The notes: generated from the sequence alone by a model not told the origin. Positions 15,785 through 25,030 are shown, counted from the first letter of the stretch. The stretch: DNA of 64,000 bases from Synergistaceae bacterium UBA4066 (GCA_002383685.1 DFZC01000051.1:575-64574); one strand, 5' to 3'. Numbers and translations: made by a program.

Positions 15785-16426
15785 CTACCTGGGGCTAATG
15801 GCCTTTACGGGACAGGCCTCCGCGCAGGCCGAACAACCGATGCACTTTTCCTCGTCAATCACGTGCTTTTCCTTGATCTTGCCGGAGATGGCCTGCACGG
15901 GGCACACCTTCGCGCACTTGGTGCAGCCGATGCACTTGTCCGGGTCGATAACGTACTTGACGGTCTCGGCGGCCGCGGGTTCCGGTGCCCCTTTCGCCTT
16001 TTTGGCCGCCGGTTTTTTACCGGAATCCTTTACGATCTGTTTCTTGCGGTCATAGGAGGAAAAGGCAAATTCATGGGTCATCCAGATGCATGATACAGGG
16101 CAGATCTCCGTGCACTGGGCACAGAAGCAGCACCTGTCCATGTGGAACTGAACCTTCTTCTCCTCGTCAAGTGATTCGATGGCGTTGGCAGGGCAGACCT
16201 TTATGCACATTTTGCAGCCAATGCAGGCCTTCCTGTCGTAAGCGATCCTACCCCTGAAGCCTTCAGGGGTCTGGACCGGGTCGTTGAGCTTTATTTTGCC
16301 CTCCGCCGCAGCCTTGAGGGCTTCGGTGAGGTTGTCCGGCATGTGAGCCACCGGGAACGGGTTGGTGGCCGGATCCTCGGCCCACTGCCTGAGCAGCTGT
16401 ATCATCATCCTGTTGAGCATTCCCAA
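15785..16426 (-). CDS. mbhN: Mbh hydrogenase Fe-S subunit (NuoI-like) carrying four [4Fe-4S] motifs
   Basis: CIGCKMCIKVCP, CCFCAQCTEICP, CIGCTKCAKVCP and CIGCSACAEACP. A Lys/Ala/Pro-rich linker lies between the two ferredoxin halves. Confidence 0.85.
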   Translation of the reverse strand: MGMLNRMMIQLLRQWAEDPATNPFPVAHMPDNLTEALKAAAEGKIKLNDPVQTPEGFRGRIAYDRKACIGCKMCIKVCPANAIESLDEEKKVQFHMDRCCFCAQCTEICPVSCIWMTHEFAFSSYDRKKQIVKDSGKKPAAKKAKGAPEPAAAETVKYVIDPDKCIGCTKCAKVCPVQAISGKIKEKHVIDEEKCIGCSACAEACPVKAISPR

Positions 16427-16432
16427 CCCCCC

Positions 16433-17425
16433 TTACAGGATCACGTCGAGGGACAGGAGAACCATCCCCGCCAGTGAGAGCCCGGCAATATGGAACCAGT
16501 AGAACTGGGACGCCTGCCAGATCTTGTAGCGACCGAAAGCCGTCCGGACCAGGGTGACCCCCGCGATCTGCATGAGGAACACCTTCACCCAGAAGAACAC
16601 GAAATCCGCCAGGAAGAGCATGGCTCCCTGTAAACCGAAGTGCTTCCCTATGGTCCAGGGGAAGAAAAGGGACACGACCACGGCGCACATGACAAGAGTC
16701 CGGAGCGAGAATGCTATCTTCATCATGGCAAGGTTGCGCCCCGAGTATTCGCAGATGAGGCCTTCAAGTATCTCCGTCTTGGCTTCGGCTATGTCCATGG
16801 GCACCTTGCCCACCTCTGCAGGAACTACGGCGAGAAGGGCTATAAGGAGGCAGATCAGCCCGAATAACCCGGTCCACCCCACGACGCTCCAGACCGGCAT
16901 GCCCACGAAGGTCTCCAGGCTGAAGGGTTCGCCGGGCATACCCGAGCGGTAGGAGAACCACGCAAGGGTAATAATTACAACCGCAAGGGGAAGTTCATAG
17001 CTCATCATGAGGGTCATCTCGCGCTGGGCACCCACGTTGGCATAGGTGGAACCGCTCGCAAAACCGCCCACGGCCATTGCCACCGCAGAAAGCCCCAGCA
17101 GGTACAGGATCAGGATCAGGTCGCCGCTCCCGGCAAGTATCGGCGGAAGTGAGCCCATCGGAACGTAGAGAAGTATCATCAGGGCCGCAGCGGCGGAGAC
17201 CCAGGGCGCGCCGTTGAAGGCCCATGGGATGGCCCGGCGCGGCACTATGTTCTCCTTACCCAGGAGTTTGAGTATGTCGAAAAAGGGCTGGAAGAGGGGC
17301 GGTCCCAGCCTGAGCTGCATGCGGGCGTGGATGATCCTGTCGACCCCCTCGAAAACCAGCGAGAGGAGCGACGCGAAGATCAGAAGAGCCACCCCGGCGA
17401 TCACTTTGAAATGAAGAAGATTCAT
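16433..17425 (-). CDS. mbhM: Mbh membrane subunit (NuoH/HycD-like)
   Basis: 330-aa polytopic protein. The position and pattern are of the NADH-dehydrogenase subunit 1 family. Confidence 0.85.
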   Translation of the reverse strand: MNLLHFKVIAGVALLIFASLLSLVFEGVDRIIHARMQLRLGPPLFQPFFDILKLLGKENIVPRRAIPWAFNGAPWVSAAAALMILLYVPMGSLPPILAGSGDLILILYLLGLSAVAMAVGGFASGSTYANVGAQREMTLMMSYELPLAVVIITLAWFSYRSGMPGEPFSLETFVGMPVWSVVGWTGLFGLICLLIALLAVVPAEVGKVPMDIAEAKTEILEGLICEYSGRNLAMMKIAFSLRTLVMCAVVVSLFFPWTIGKHFGLQGAMLFLADFVFFWVKVFLMQIAGVTLVRTAFGRYKIWQASQFYWFHIAGLSLAGMVLLSLDVIL

Positions 17426-18660
17426 GATCCCATCATCCTCCTCGTCTTGTCGCGGCAGCGTTCAATGAGGTCCGCCTTTGTCACTACCTGTTCGGCCCCG
17501 CTGGACCTGTCGGTGACGACCATCCTCTCCATGCAGGAGATGCAGGGGTCGATGCTGTTGATGATCAGCGGCGAGTCGGCCAGGTCGTTTTCCCTGAACA
17601 TGATCGGCCACGACACGGCATTGGCGTACGTCGGGGCCCTGACCTTCCACCAGGTTATGTTCTCCTGCCCGGCGGTGAGCCTTACGGCGTGGGTATCGTC
17701 TCCCCGCGGAGCCTCTATCGAACTCCAGCCCGTTCCGTCGGCCTGTTTCAGGTAGTTGAGGAGTTTGGGCAGTTTGGGCTCCCACATGAGTTCGCCTGCC
17801 GGCATACCTGCGAGGGCGTCCTCAAGGATCTCTATGGACTGGTAGACCTCCAGGACCCTCACCAGGAACCTGTCGAAAACATCGCCGTAGACCTCGCCTG
17901 TGTGGTCCTGCGGCACGACAGGTTTGATGTCCATATCGCAGTATGCCTCGTAGGGTGATGACCATCTCAGGTCTACCCTGAGGCCGCTCCCGCGAGCCGT
18001 GGGCCCGAGGGCGCAGTGGGTAACCGCATCCTCCCTTGAGAGTACGCCTACGTTGCGCATCCTGGCCTTGGCTATGGGGTCCTGAGTAACTACATCGTAG
18101 AATATGCTGAACTCGTTCCTGTACAGGTCTATCATTTCGCGGATCACTTTCTCCACCGTGGGTGTGATGTCCCTTCGGACACCTCCGATGGTACCCGTGC
18201 CGTAGTTGACTCGGTTGCCCGTAAGTGCCTCGAGAACATCCATTACCTTTTCCCTGAGGATCATCCCCAGGTGGAATGCTGAGTCATAACCGAAGGTATA
18301 GCACGCTACACCGGCCCAGAGTATGTGGGAGTGGATCCTCTCGAGTTCAAGTACGATGGTACGGATGTACTGCGCCCTGGCGGGGACCTCTATCTTCGCG
18401 GCATCCTCTATCGCCCGTACAAATGCGACGATATGCGCGAAGGAACATATTCCGCAAATCCTCTCAGCCAAGTAGATTATCTGGATCGGGTTGCGGTCAC
18501 GGGCCATGAACTCGATGCCCCTGTGTATTGCCCCGGGGCGGATAGTGGCATCCTTGATTCGCTCCCCGTCGACGTCCAGCCAGGCCGTGATGGGTTCCTT
18601 CAGACCTACGTGGACCGGGCCGATCGGCACTTTATAGGTTTTGTTCGATCCTTCTGCCAT
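17422..18660 (-). CDS. mbhL: group 4 [NiFe] hydrogenase large subunit (NuoD-like)
   Basis: The N-terminal RICGICSFAH and C-terminal DPCISCMERM NiFe-ligand Cys pairs are both present. Start set to ATG 18660 (MAEGSNKTYKVPIGPVH). The upstream extension in the track is Arg-rich and improbable. Confidence 0.9.
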   Translation of the reverse strand: MAEGSNKTYKVPIGPVHVGLKEPITAWLDVDGERIKDATIRPGAIHRGIEFMARDRNPIQIIYLAERICGICSFAHIVAFVRAIEDAAKIEVPARAQYIRTIVLELERIHSHILWAGVACYTFGYDSAFHLGMILREKVMDVLEALTGNRVNYGTGTIGGVRRDITPTVEKVIREMIDLYRNEFSIFYDVVTQDPIAKARMRNVGVLSREDAVTHCALGPTARGSGLRVDLRWSSPYEAYCDMDIKPVVPQDHTGEVYGDVFDRFLVRVLEVYQSIEILEDALAGMPAGELMWEPKLPKLLNYLKQADGTGWSSIEAPRGDDTHAVRLTAGQENITWWKVRAPTYANAVSWPIMFRENDLADSPLIINSIDPCISCMERMVVTDRSSGAEQVVTKADLIERCRDKTRRMMGS

Positions 18661-18671
18661 ACCGGCACCTC

Positions 18672-19223
18672 CTAGGAGAGTTCCCTGATATCTTCGGGTT
18701 TGGGACCGGCTTCGTCCCTTCGCCACGGTTTGATGTCCTCGTTCCAGTCCTCTGGCAGGAATATCAGCGCCTTGTTGGGCAGCCCGTCGAAGTCGACGCC
18801 GAACATCTCGCGGATCTCCCTCTCGCTGTATTCTATCCCCGGGATCCATTGCCAGAGCGATGGCATCACCAGGTCGTCCTTGGGGACATCCACTGTGACG
18901 GTGACACCCAGGCGTTTCCCCCGACCTGCGCAGCGGAACAGGGAGAAGTGGTAGTTGAGCTGCACAGCCTCGCCAATGTCATCGCCGGAGGTTATGTGGA
19001 AATGAAGGAAGTCGAGCTCCCTCAAGAGATCGATCAGGTCAAGGAACTTTGACTTCTCGACCTGGACCCAAAGGGTCTGATATCCCACGTCGGTGCCGGC
19101 GCCGCCCCTGTAATCCCTCAGTTCCATGGTGTCGGAGAACTTGCGGAACTTCCTCTTCAAAAGCGAAAGGACCTTTTCGGGGCTCATTATCTCGTCGGTG
19201 TAATCGGCACAGCGAGGCTTCAT
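18672..19223 (-). CDS. mbhK: Mbh subunit (NuoC / 30-kDa-like)
   Basis: 183 aa. It overlaps mbhJ by 4 nt. NuoC-like pattern IEYSEREIREMFGVDFDG. Confidence 0.85.
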   Translation of the reverse strand: MKPRCADYTDEIMSPEKVLSLLKRKFRKFSDTMELRDYRGGAGTDVGYQTLWVQVEKSKFLDLIDLLRELDFLHFHITSGDDIGEAVQLNYHFSLFRCAGRGKRLGVTVTVDVPKDDLVMPSLWQWIPGIEYSEREIREMFGVDFDGLPNKALIFLPEDWNEDIKPWRRDEAGPKPEDIRELS

Positions 19224-19681
19224 TTGGCAGCACCTGCCTTCTTGAGGGACTCTTTCATCTTTTCAAGTTTGAGGACAGCCTTCGCCGCACCCTCGATTAT
19301 GGCCTCGGGCCTGGGCGGGCAGCCGTGAACGTAGACGTCGACGGGAATAATGTTGTCCACGGGACCGTCAAGATTGTAGGACTTGTAAAAAACGTCGCCC
19401 GAACAGGCACAGTTGCCAATGGCGATCACGACCTTGGGGTCGGGCATCTGGGCATGGATCCTGCGAAGCCTGTCGGTCATGTACTTAGTGACAGGACCGG
19501 TTACAAGGAGAGCATCGGCGTGCCGCGGGGTCCCGACGAGTTTCATGCCGAAGCGCTCTATATCGTACCTGGGAGTTATCGTCGCTACGATCTCTATGTC
19601 GCAGCCGTTGCATGAACCGCTGTTGCAGTGGAACACCCAGATCGACTTGGTCAGTATGTCAAGGTAGCGTTCGAGTTTCAT
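19220..19681 (-). CDS. mbhJ: Mbh small subunit (NuoB-like, proximal [4Fe-4S])
   Basis: CNSGSCNGCDIEI ... GNCACSG ... VHGCPPRPE cysteine pattern of NuoB/HycG-type subunits. Confidence 0.9.
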   Translation of the reverse strand: MKLERYLDILTKSIWVFHCNSGSCNGCDIEIVATITPRYDIERFGMKLVGTPRHADALLVTGPVTKYMTDRLRRIHAQMPDPKVVIAIGNCACSGDVFYKSYNLDGPVDNIIPVDVYVHGCPPRPEAIIEGAAKAVLKLEKMKESLKKAGAAK

Positions 19682-19694
19682 CGTCCCACCCCCC

Positions 19695-20036
19695 TTACAG
19701 AAGCACCAGCACGGCCACTATCGCCACGGTGAGCACAAAGTACCCCACGTAGTCGCTGGCTATGCCGCTGTGGATATCGATCAGGGCGTTGTAGTATGGC
19801 TTGAGGGCCTCTACGAAACCCCAATAGGCAGAAGCCGCCGGTACCCCCATATCGGCACCGTCCTCCGGTACCGGGTTGCTGCCGTAGAAGATCTCGTCCT
19901 GGTCGGTGCCCTCTTTGTAGTCGTTCCTGCCCATGGACCTGACAAAGAGCACAAGGGCCGCGGAGATAGCAAAGAAGAGCAGCCAGATGAAGACATCCCA
20001 GTATCCGAAACCTGAGTAGACCTTGTCCAGCATCAC
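19695..20036 (-). CDS. mbhI: Mbh small membrane subunit
   Basis: 113 aa with two hydrophobic helices. It sits in the colinear position between mbhH and mbhJ. Confidence 0.6.
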   Translation of the reverse strand: MMLDKVYSGFGYWDVFIWLLFFAISAALVLFVRSMGRNDYKEGTDQDEIFYGSNPVPEDGADMGVPAASAYWGFVEALKPYYNALIDIHSGIASDYVGYFVLTVAIVAVLVLL

Positions 20037-21598
20037 AGACCACCTCCCATTACTGCGGATATGTAGCCTGCCTGGTCAACGAGGGCCTTGGCCGCCGGTT
20101 CGACAAGATGGGAAAGCGTCCAGCCCGGGAAAAGAGTCAGGGCTATGATCACTATGGTGAGCAGCGACATGCCCAGGAGCATCGATGCAGGCACCTCGGT
20201 GACATTCTCGTATGTCTTCTTTGCCGGCCCCAGGAAAGCAGTCTGGAACACCTTGACGAAAGAGGCCAGCGTCAGCACTGAAGTTACCAGTGCAGCCACC
20301 GCCAGCAGCGGATAGACAGCGAAGGTCGACTGATAGATAAGCAATTTGGAGACGAAACCGTTGAACGGCGGGAGACCCGCGATGGCCGCCGCGGCTATTA
20401 CGAACATGAAAGTGGTCTGGGGCATAACCCTGGCCAGGCCTCCCAGTTCGTTGAGGTTGCGCGAGCCGGCCGAGTAGAACACAGCCCCGGCAGTAAGGAA
20501 GAGCAGCCCCTTGTACATGGTGTAGTTGATGATGTGGAATATGCCGCCCTTCATGGCCGTGAATCCGTAATCGGCCATTGCCTGGGGATCCCGGAGGGCC
20601 AGCAGGCCTACCCCGAGAGCCATGAGGATGTAGCCTATCTGTGAGACCGAATGGTACGCCATTAGCCTCTTGATCTCCTTCTGGATAACGGCCATTGTGA
20701 CCCCTATGAACATGGAGAGCACGCCCATGACGATTATCGTCCAGGGCACCACTGTGCTGCCCAGGCTCGCCCCGTAAAGGGAGAAGCAGACCCTGAAGAG
20801 GCCGTAAAGAGAGGCCTGGCTGACCGCGACCAGCAGGCATGTAACGCCGGCCGGAGCCTCGGCGTATGCATCGGGGGTCCACATGTGCATCGGTACGGCC
20901 CCGCATTTCATTGCCAGCGACACTACAAGGAATACCAGGGCTATCTTTTCCGCGTAACCCATCTGGAGCATCCTTGCCACCGCGGCAATGTTGACAGCGT
21001 TGTACCGGCCGTAGAAGAAACCGACAGCAATGAGAATGAACATTGCCGATATGGTGGAGATGACCATGTACTTGAAGGAGGCCTCTACAGCCTCGGGACG
21101 GTCCCTCCAGAAGGCGATGAGACCGAAGGAGGCCACGGAAGCTATCTCGAGGAAGACAAAGAAGTTGAACAGGTCTCCTGTGAGCTGCATTCCCAGCATC
21201 CCCGTCACGAGCAGGAAGTAGAGGGCCGAGAACTTTTCCAGGCCTGTGAACCTGTCCATGAACCTGAGCGAGAAGAAAGCTCCGGCCAGGGCGGCGATGG
21301 AGCCCACAACGGCCATGAAGGCGCTGAAGGCATCGACCTCGAGGATGATCCTCACGGGCCAGCTGAGTCCGGAGGGAAGTGTTATGTTCCATGCCTCGGC
21401 ACCCATAACGTAAACAGCCGTACCCCCGGCTATGACCTTTTGCCAGAGCATTATGCAAACCGCAGTGGTCAGGACCGAAATGAAAATCATCCATGCGTTG
21501 CGCGTTGCGCGTCCGCCGAGTCCGGCAACAGGCGAGGCGAAGGCCCCCAGAAGGGGGACAGCCAGGACGAGCGCGGGAAGGTGTATCTGCCAGTTCAT
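20033..21598 (-). CDS. mbhH: Mbh antiporter-like subunit (MrpD/NuoN family)
   Basis: 521-aa polytopic protein with proton-conducting membrane transporter family features. Confidence 0.9.
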   Translation of the reverse strand: MNWQIHLPALVLAVPLLGAFASPVAGLGGRATRNAWMIFISVLTTAVCIMLWQKVIAGGTAVYVMGAEAWNITLPSGLSWPVRIILEVDAFSAFMAVVGSIAALAGAFFSLRFMDRFTGLEKFSALYFLLVTGMLGMQLTGDLFNFFVFLEIASVASFGLIAFWRDRPEAVEASFKYMVISTISAMFILIAVGFFYGRYNAVNIAAVARMLQMGYAEKIALVFLVVSLAMKCGAVPMHMWTPDAYAEAPAGVTCLLVAVSQASLYGLFRVCFSLYGASLGSTVVPWTIIVMGVLSMFIGVTMAVIQKEIKRLMAYHSVSQIGYILMALGVGLLALRDPQAMADYGFTAMKGGIFHIINYTMYKGLLFLTAGAVFYSAGSRNLNELGGLARVMPQTTFMFVIAAAAIAGLPPFNGFVSKLLIYQSTFAVYPLLAVAALVTSVLTLASFVKVFQTAFLGPAKKTYENVTEVPASMLLGMSLLTIVIIALTLFPGWTLSHLVEPAAKALVDQAGYISAVMGGGL

Positions 21599-21954
21599 CC
21601 CCTCAACCTCCTGATCTCACGGACATCGAGCGTCCCGTAATGTCGATACAGAAGCATTATCAGCGAAAGAAGCAGGGCCGATGTTGCCAGTCCTATTACT
21701 ATCGCCGTCAGCGTCAGTGCCTGCGGGGTGGGGAGCACCATGGACCTGACCTCCCCCGCAAGGGTGAATACCGGGATGGAACCGCCGGTGCGGTAACCCA
21801 GGACTATGAGGAAAAGGTTGGCCGAGGCCTCCAGGAGCGTTATGCCGATGGCGATCTTGATGAGGTTCCTTTCGAAAAGGATCGCGTACATACCCATGAA
21901 GAAGATGATCCCGACTGCGAGGAATGGAAGATTACCTGTCATGGCCGGTCTCAC
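21595..21954 (-). CDS. mbhG: Mrp-module subunit (MnhC/NuoK-like)
   Basis: 119 aa with three TM helices. 4-nt overlap with mbhH. Confidence 0.75.
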   Translation of the reverse strand: MRPAMTGNLPFLAVGIIFFMGMYAILFERNLIKIAIGITLLEASANLFLIVLGYRTGGSIPVFTLAGEVRSMVLPTPQALTLTAIVIGLATSALLLSLIMLLYRHYGTLDVREIRRLRG

Positions 21955-22429
21955 TCCCTCCGGTTTGATCGTCGAAGAGCCGTATCCCCTTGAACATGTA
22001 GATGAGTATCAGCGAAAGGCCGCCGATAACTTCCAGGCCTACAGCCATGTTCATAACCGATATCGTCCCGGCGCTGTTGAGTATCCCGCTGTTGGGACCT
22101 ATGGGGACAACCGCGCCGAAAAGGCCTCCCCTTCCGGCAAGGAAGTTATAGAAGAAGGTTGCGGAGAGACCCAGGAAGCCTGTGGTGATAAATATGAGAA
22201 GTCCTGCCGTCTCTATGCCGGAGTAGAAACCCGGTTTTGCGAATGAAAGGAGTTTTTTGCCGCCATGGGAAACAAGCAGGAAGGCGGCCATTGTCGCCAC
22301 CACAGCGCCGCCCTGGAAACCCCCGCCCGGGGTGAGGTGTCCGTGGATAATTATATAGATCCCGTAGATACCCATGAACCAGGCAAAAACATCGCATATC
22401 GTCCTTACTACGACAGAAAGAGGATTCAT
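21932..22429 (-). CDS. mbhF: Mrp-module subunit (MnhB-domain)
   Basis: 165 aa, hydrophobic, with GHLTPGGGFQGGAV typical of the MnhB domain. Confidence 0.75.
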   Translation of the reverse strand: MNPLSVVVRTICDVFAWFMGIYGIYIIIHGHLTPGGGFQGGAVVATMAAFLLVSHGGKKLLSFAKPGFYSGIETAGLLIFITTGFLGLSATFFYNFLAGRGGLFGAVVPIGPNSGILNSAGTISVMNMAVGLEVIGGLSLILIYMFKGIRLFDDQTGGSETGHDR

Positions 22430-22701
22430 TTGCCTTCACTCCCCTTTCGGAACAGGGCCAGTACGGAGCAGACCGCCGTGAACAGCACCGCGGCCTCGCC
22501 CAGGGTGTCAAAACCCCTGTAGTCGAAGACTATGGCTGTGACGACGTTGTTGACGGAGCGTTCCTGCTGCGCGTTCTCAAGATAATAGTCGTCCATGGGG
22601 GCCCTAGCCTTCTCTCCGAAGGGGTGGACCCTGCTCAGGGCACCCCAGAAAACCCCTGCCACGACAAGTATGGCTATGAGGAAAAGGACCTTTTTCTTCA
22701 T
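22426..22701 (-). CDS. mbhE: Mrp-module small membrane subunit
   Basis: 91 aa. 4-nt overlaps on both sides, in the colinear position. Confidence 0.6.
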   Translation of the reverse strand: MKKKVLFLIAILVVAGVFWGALSRVHPFGEKARAPMDDYYLENAQQERSVNNVVTAIVFDYRGFDTLGEAAVLFTAVCSVLALFRKGSEGK

Positions 22702-22961
22702 TTACGGTCACCTCCGCCGCTCTTTTTAAGAGCATTGCAGGCCCTGAGGGCTATGATGTAGATGGCGGTGCTCAGCCCTGCCCCTATGGCCGCCTCGGCT
22801 ATGGCGACGTCGGGTGCCTGCAGGATGAAGAATTCGAGTGAAAGAAGCAGGCTGAAGACCGCAAGGGAGATCACCGAAGAGAGGAGGTCCCGGAACCAGA
22901 CGGCGTAAAAGCCCGCAATGATGATCATGGCCAGGACGGCGATGTGCGCGAATCCGTTCAT
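22698..22961 (-). CDS. mbhD: Mrp-module small membrane subunit
   Basis: 87 aa, hydrophobic, with APDVAIAEAAIGAGLS typical of the N-terminal part of MnhB-like proteins. Confidence 0.6.
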   Translation of the reverse strand: MNGFAHIAVLAMIIIAGFYAVWFRDLLSSVISLAVFSLLLSLEFFILQAPDVAIAEAAIGAGLSTAIYIIALRACNALKKSGGGDRK

Positions 22962-23329
22962 GCCGAAACACCGCCTTTCTTGCGATGGTCTTCGGCCAGC
23001 CTGTCAACCACGGCATACTTGGGCATGACACCGCTCCTGTGGGCGGACCTGGCGATGGCATGAGCCCCCGTGGCGTTGGATATCAGTAGAGCAAAGATGG
23101 CTATGATTACGTGGACCGTAAGGGTAGTGAACCGCCCCTCACCGGTGGCGAAGTACCTTTCAAGGGCGAAGACTACCACGGCTGCCGAAGTGAATATGGA
23201 GCCGAATGTTGTGCACTTGGTAGTGCCGTGAAGGCGGGTGTAGACGTCCGGGAAGCGGTAGAGAGCCACGGTACCCAGGAAGTTGAAAGCCACACCTATA
23301 CCCAGAAGGATGATGACTGCGGTCGACAC
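22958..23329 (-). CDS. mbhC: Mrp-module subunit (MnhG/PhaG-like)
   Basis: LGTVALYRFPDVYTRLHGTTKCTTFG is the MnhG signature. Confidence 0.8.
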   Translation of the reverse strand: MSTAVIILLGIGVAFNFLGTVALYRFPDVYTRLHGTTKCTTFGSIFTSAAVVVFALERYFATGEGRFTTLTVHVIIAIFALLISNATGAHAIARSAHRSGVMPKYAVVDRLAEDHRKKGGVSA

Positions 23330-23331
23330 TG

Positions 23332-23592
23332 CTACACACCCCCCTCAACGTGGCGGGCGAGGAACATGGTGCCCACGAAGGAAAGGGCCGCGTAGACAAT
23401 GGCCACGTCAACCATGACTACGGAGTCGTATACTACTGCCAGCATTATCATAAGGGCGATCACCAGGGTGTTGATCGAGTCGAGGGCCACCACCCGGTCA
23501 GGGATAGTGGGACCGGCTACAAGCCTTCCCATCATCAAAAGGGCACAAAGACCTGTGATAATTGCCGCCCACGCAAAAATGGAGTCAGTCAT
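23332..23592 (-). CDS. mbhB: Mrp-module subunit (MnhF-like)
   Basis: Start set to ATG 23592, an ATGA overlap with the mbhA stop. The pattern PTIPDRVVALDSINTLVIALM is MnhF-like. Confidence 0.75.
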   Translation of the reverse strand: MTDSIFAWAAIITGLCALLMMGRLVAGPTIPDRVVALDSINTLVIALMIMLAVVYDSVVMVDVAIVYAALSFVGTMFLARHVEGGV

Positions 23593-24092
23593 TCGGCAAC
23601 CCTCCTCGCCCATTTCCCGAAGGACCCGTAGACCTTCTGTTCGGGCGGGTTCTCGTCGGTAACATTGATCCAGTGGACGTAGAATATGCCTGTCTCCCCG
23701 GAATCATCGACATCCACCGTAAGCGTGCCGGGGGTAAGAGTTATGGAGTTGGCAAGCATCGTCTGGGCCAGGCTTCCCTTGAGACCGGAGTCGATCCTGA
23801 CGATCCCCGGTCGTATCTTCCCTGTGATAACCCGGAACGCCACGTCGAAATTGGCCTTTATCATGCCCCAGAGGAAGGGGAGGAAAAGATACAGGATGAA
23901 CGTGATCCAGCGTAAGGGATTGAGACCCGCGAGGGTCCAGGATCTTTCCGGGTTCCAGGCCCTTGCCAGCCCGGCCATTACCCCGCCCAGGGCAACGGCG
24001 ATCCCGACCTCGATCGGGTCGATGCCTCCTCCACTCCACGCCAGCAAGAGGTACGTGGCAACGGAGAGGACAAAAATAACCACACGCCTCAC
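23589..24092 (-). CDS. mbhA: Mrp-module subunit (MnhE-like)
   Basis: 167 aa and the first gene of the operon. It has a GTG start, and a second GTG at 24083 has better spacing to GGAGG. Confidence 0.75.
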   Translation of the reverse strand: MRRVVIFVLSVATYLLLAWSGGGIDPIEVGIAVALGGVMAGLARAWNPERSWTLAGLNPLRWITFILYLFLPFLWGMIKANFDVAFRVITGKIRPGIVRIDSGLKGSLAQTMLANSITLTPGTLTVDVDDSGETGIFYVHWINVTDENPPEQKVYGSFGKWARRVAE

Positions 24093-24236
24093 CTCCTATC
24101 AGGATTAATGGAAACAGCCTCAAAAAACAAAAAGTCCGTGCGGACCTTGAAACCGGGCAAACGGTTGCCTGGACCAAAAGGGGCTTTCCGGGCACAAGCC
24201 CAATTATGCATTATACATAATAAAAGAAGATCGTGG

Positions 24237-24712
24237 CTACCTGTTAAGGAACCATATTGAAGCGTTAAGGGCTCCCGCAAAGGTGACCCACCCTATATAG
24301 GGCCCCATCATCCAGGCCACTACCCTGTCCACACGGGAAAAAGCCCTTATAGTCGCGGCTATGGCAGCCCAGAGAAGGACCAGTTCCAAAAAGGCTGCCC
24401 CCGGGGCATCCTGAGGCCGAAGAAGATCCAGGACCATGCAATATTGAGGGCAAGCTGAACGGAAAAGAGGGTCATCTCCCTGCGGGACCCTTCAAAACCA
24501 CCCGCCGAGAACCAGACCCTCCAGGCCGCAGTGCCCATAAGGACATACAACAGGGTCCATGCCGGGCCGAAAACCCGGGAGGGGGGAGTCCAGGAGGGTC
24601 TGGTCAGCGCAGGGTACCATACGGATACAGTGCTTGATGTCGCTATGGATCCCAGGGCTCCGGCACCCAGGCAGACCAGCACGAAAAGGGCCGGGCTACC
24701 AAATTTTTTCAT
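24237..24712 (-). pseudogene. tspO: TspO/MBR family tryptophan-rich sensory protein, split by a frameshift at a C5G4 tract
   Basis: ORF 24359..24712 encodes TspO residues up to ...LALNIAWSWIFFGLR. ORF 24237..24437, in another frame, continues ...GAAFLELVLLWAAIAATIRAF...PYIGWVTFAGALNASIWFLNR. One extra C in the run at 24398..24402 would give a single 158-aa TspO. Confidence 0.7.
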
Positions 24713-24936
24713 TCCCCATCACCCTCCTCCGGGTATATGAACCTGCCGCAGGCAGAACACTTCCAGTGGGGCTGAGACGGCTCGACACAAGCCCCCCCCA
24801 GGATGACCTCGCCACGGTCAGCGCGGACAAGTATATCGAAGGGAGCATAACCATATATAACCGGGAGTATTCCGGATGAGCCGCAGAAGGGGCATGTCAT
24901 GTCCGATAGTGACATATGAAAAGAACCTCCCGGCAT
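24709..24936 (-). CDS. small zinc-ribbon protein (CPFC...CSAC)
   Basis: 75 aa with two CxxC pairs. ATGA overlap with the tspO start. The true start may be the internal MSLSDM. Confidence 0.45.
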   Translation of the reverse strand: MPGGSFHMSLSDMTCPFCGSSGILPVIYGYAPFDILVRADRGEVILGGACVEPSQPHWKCSACGRFIYPEEGDGE

Positions 24937-25030
24937 TTTTACGCTTTCGGGATAAGAGTCTGCGTGTTAGTCTTTACATGAAAAAACAACCAGGCATACC
25001 GCAGGTATTGTAACCCTATCGGGAAAGGAA

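Noticed and set aside
18661-18849. 63-codon N-terminal extension of the hydrogenase large subunit
   Set aside because: The translation is Arg-rich and improbable, and it overlaps the 3' part of mbhK. The conserved NuoD-like sequence begins at MAEGSNKTYKVPIGPVH.
20076-21494. 472-aa alternative-frame ORF inside mbhH, and similar long shadow ORFs at 4022..5039, 13224..13919, 50422..51297 and 61974..62957
   Set aside because: They overlap genes with strong family motifs and have Arg/Gly/Pro-rich composition without motifs. They are frame or strand artefacts of GC-rich coding sequence.
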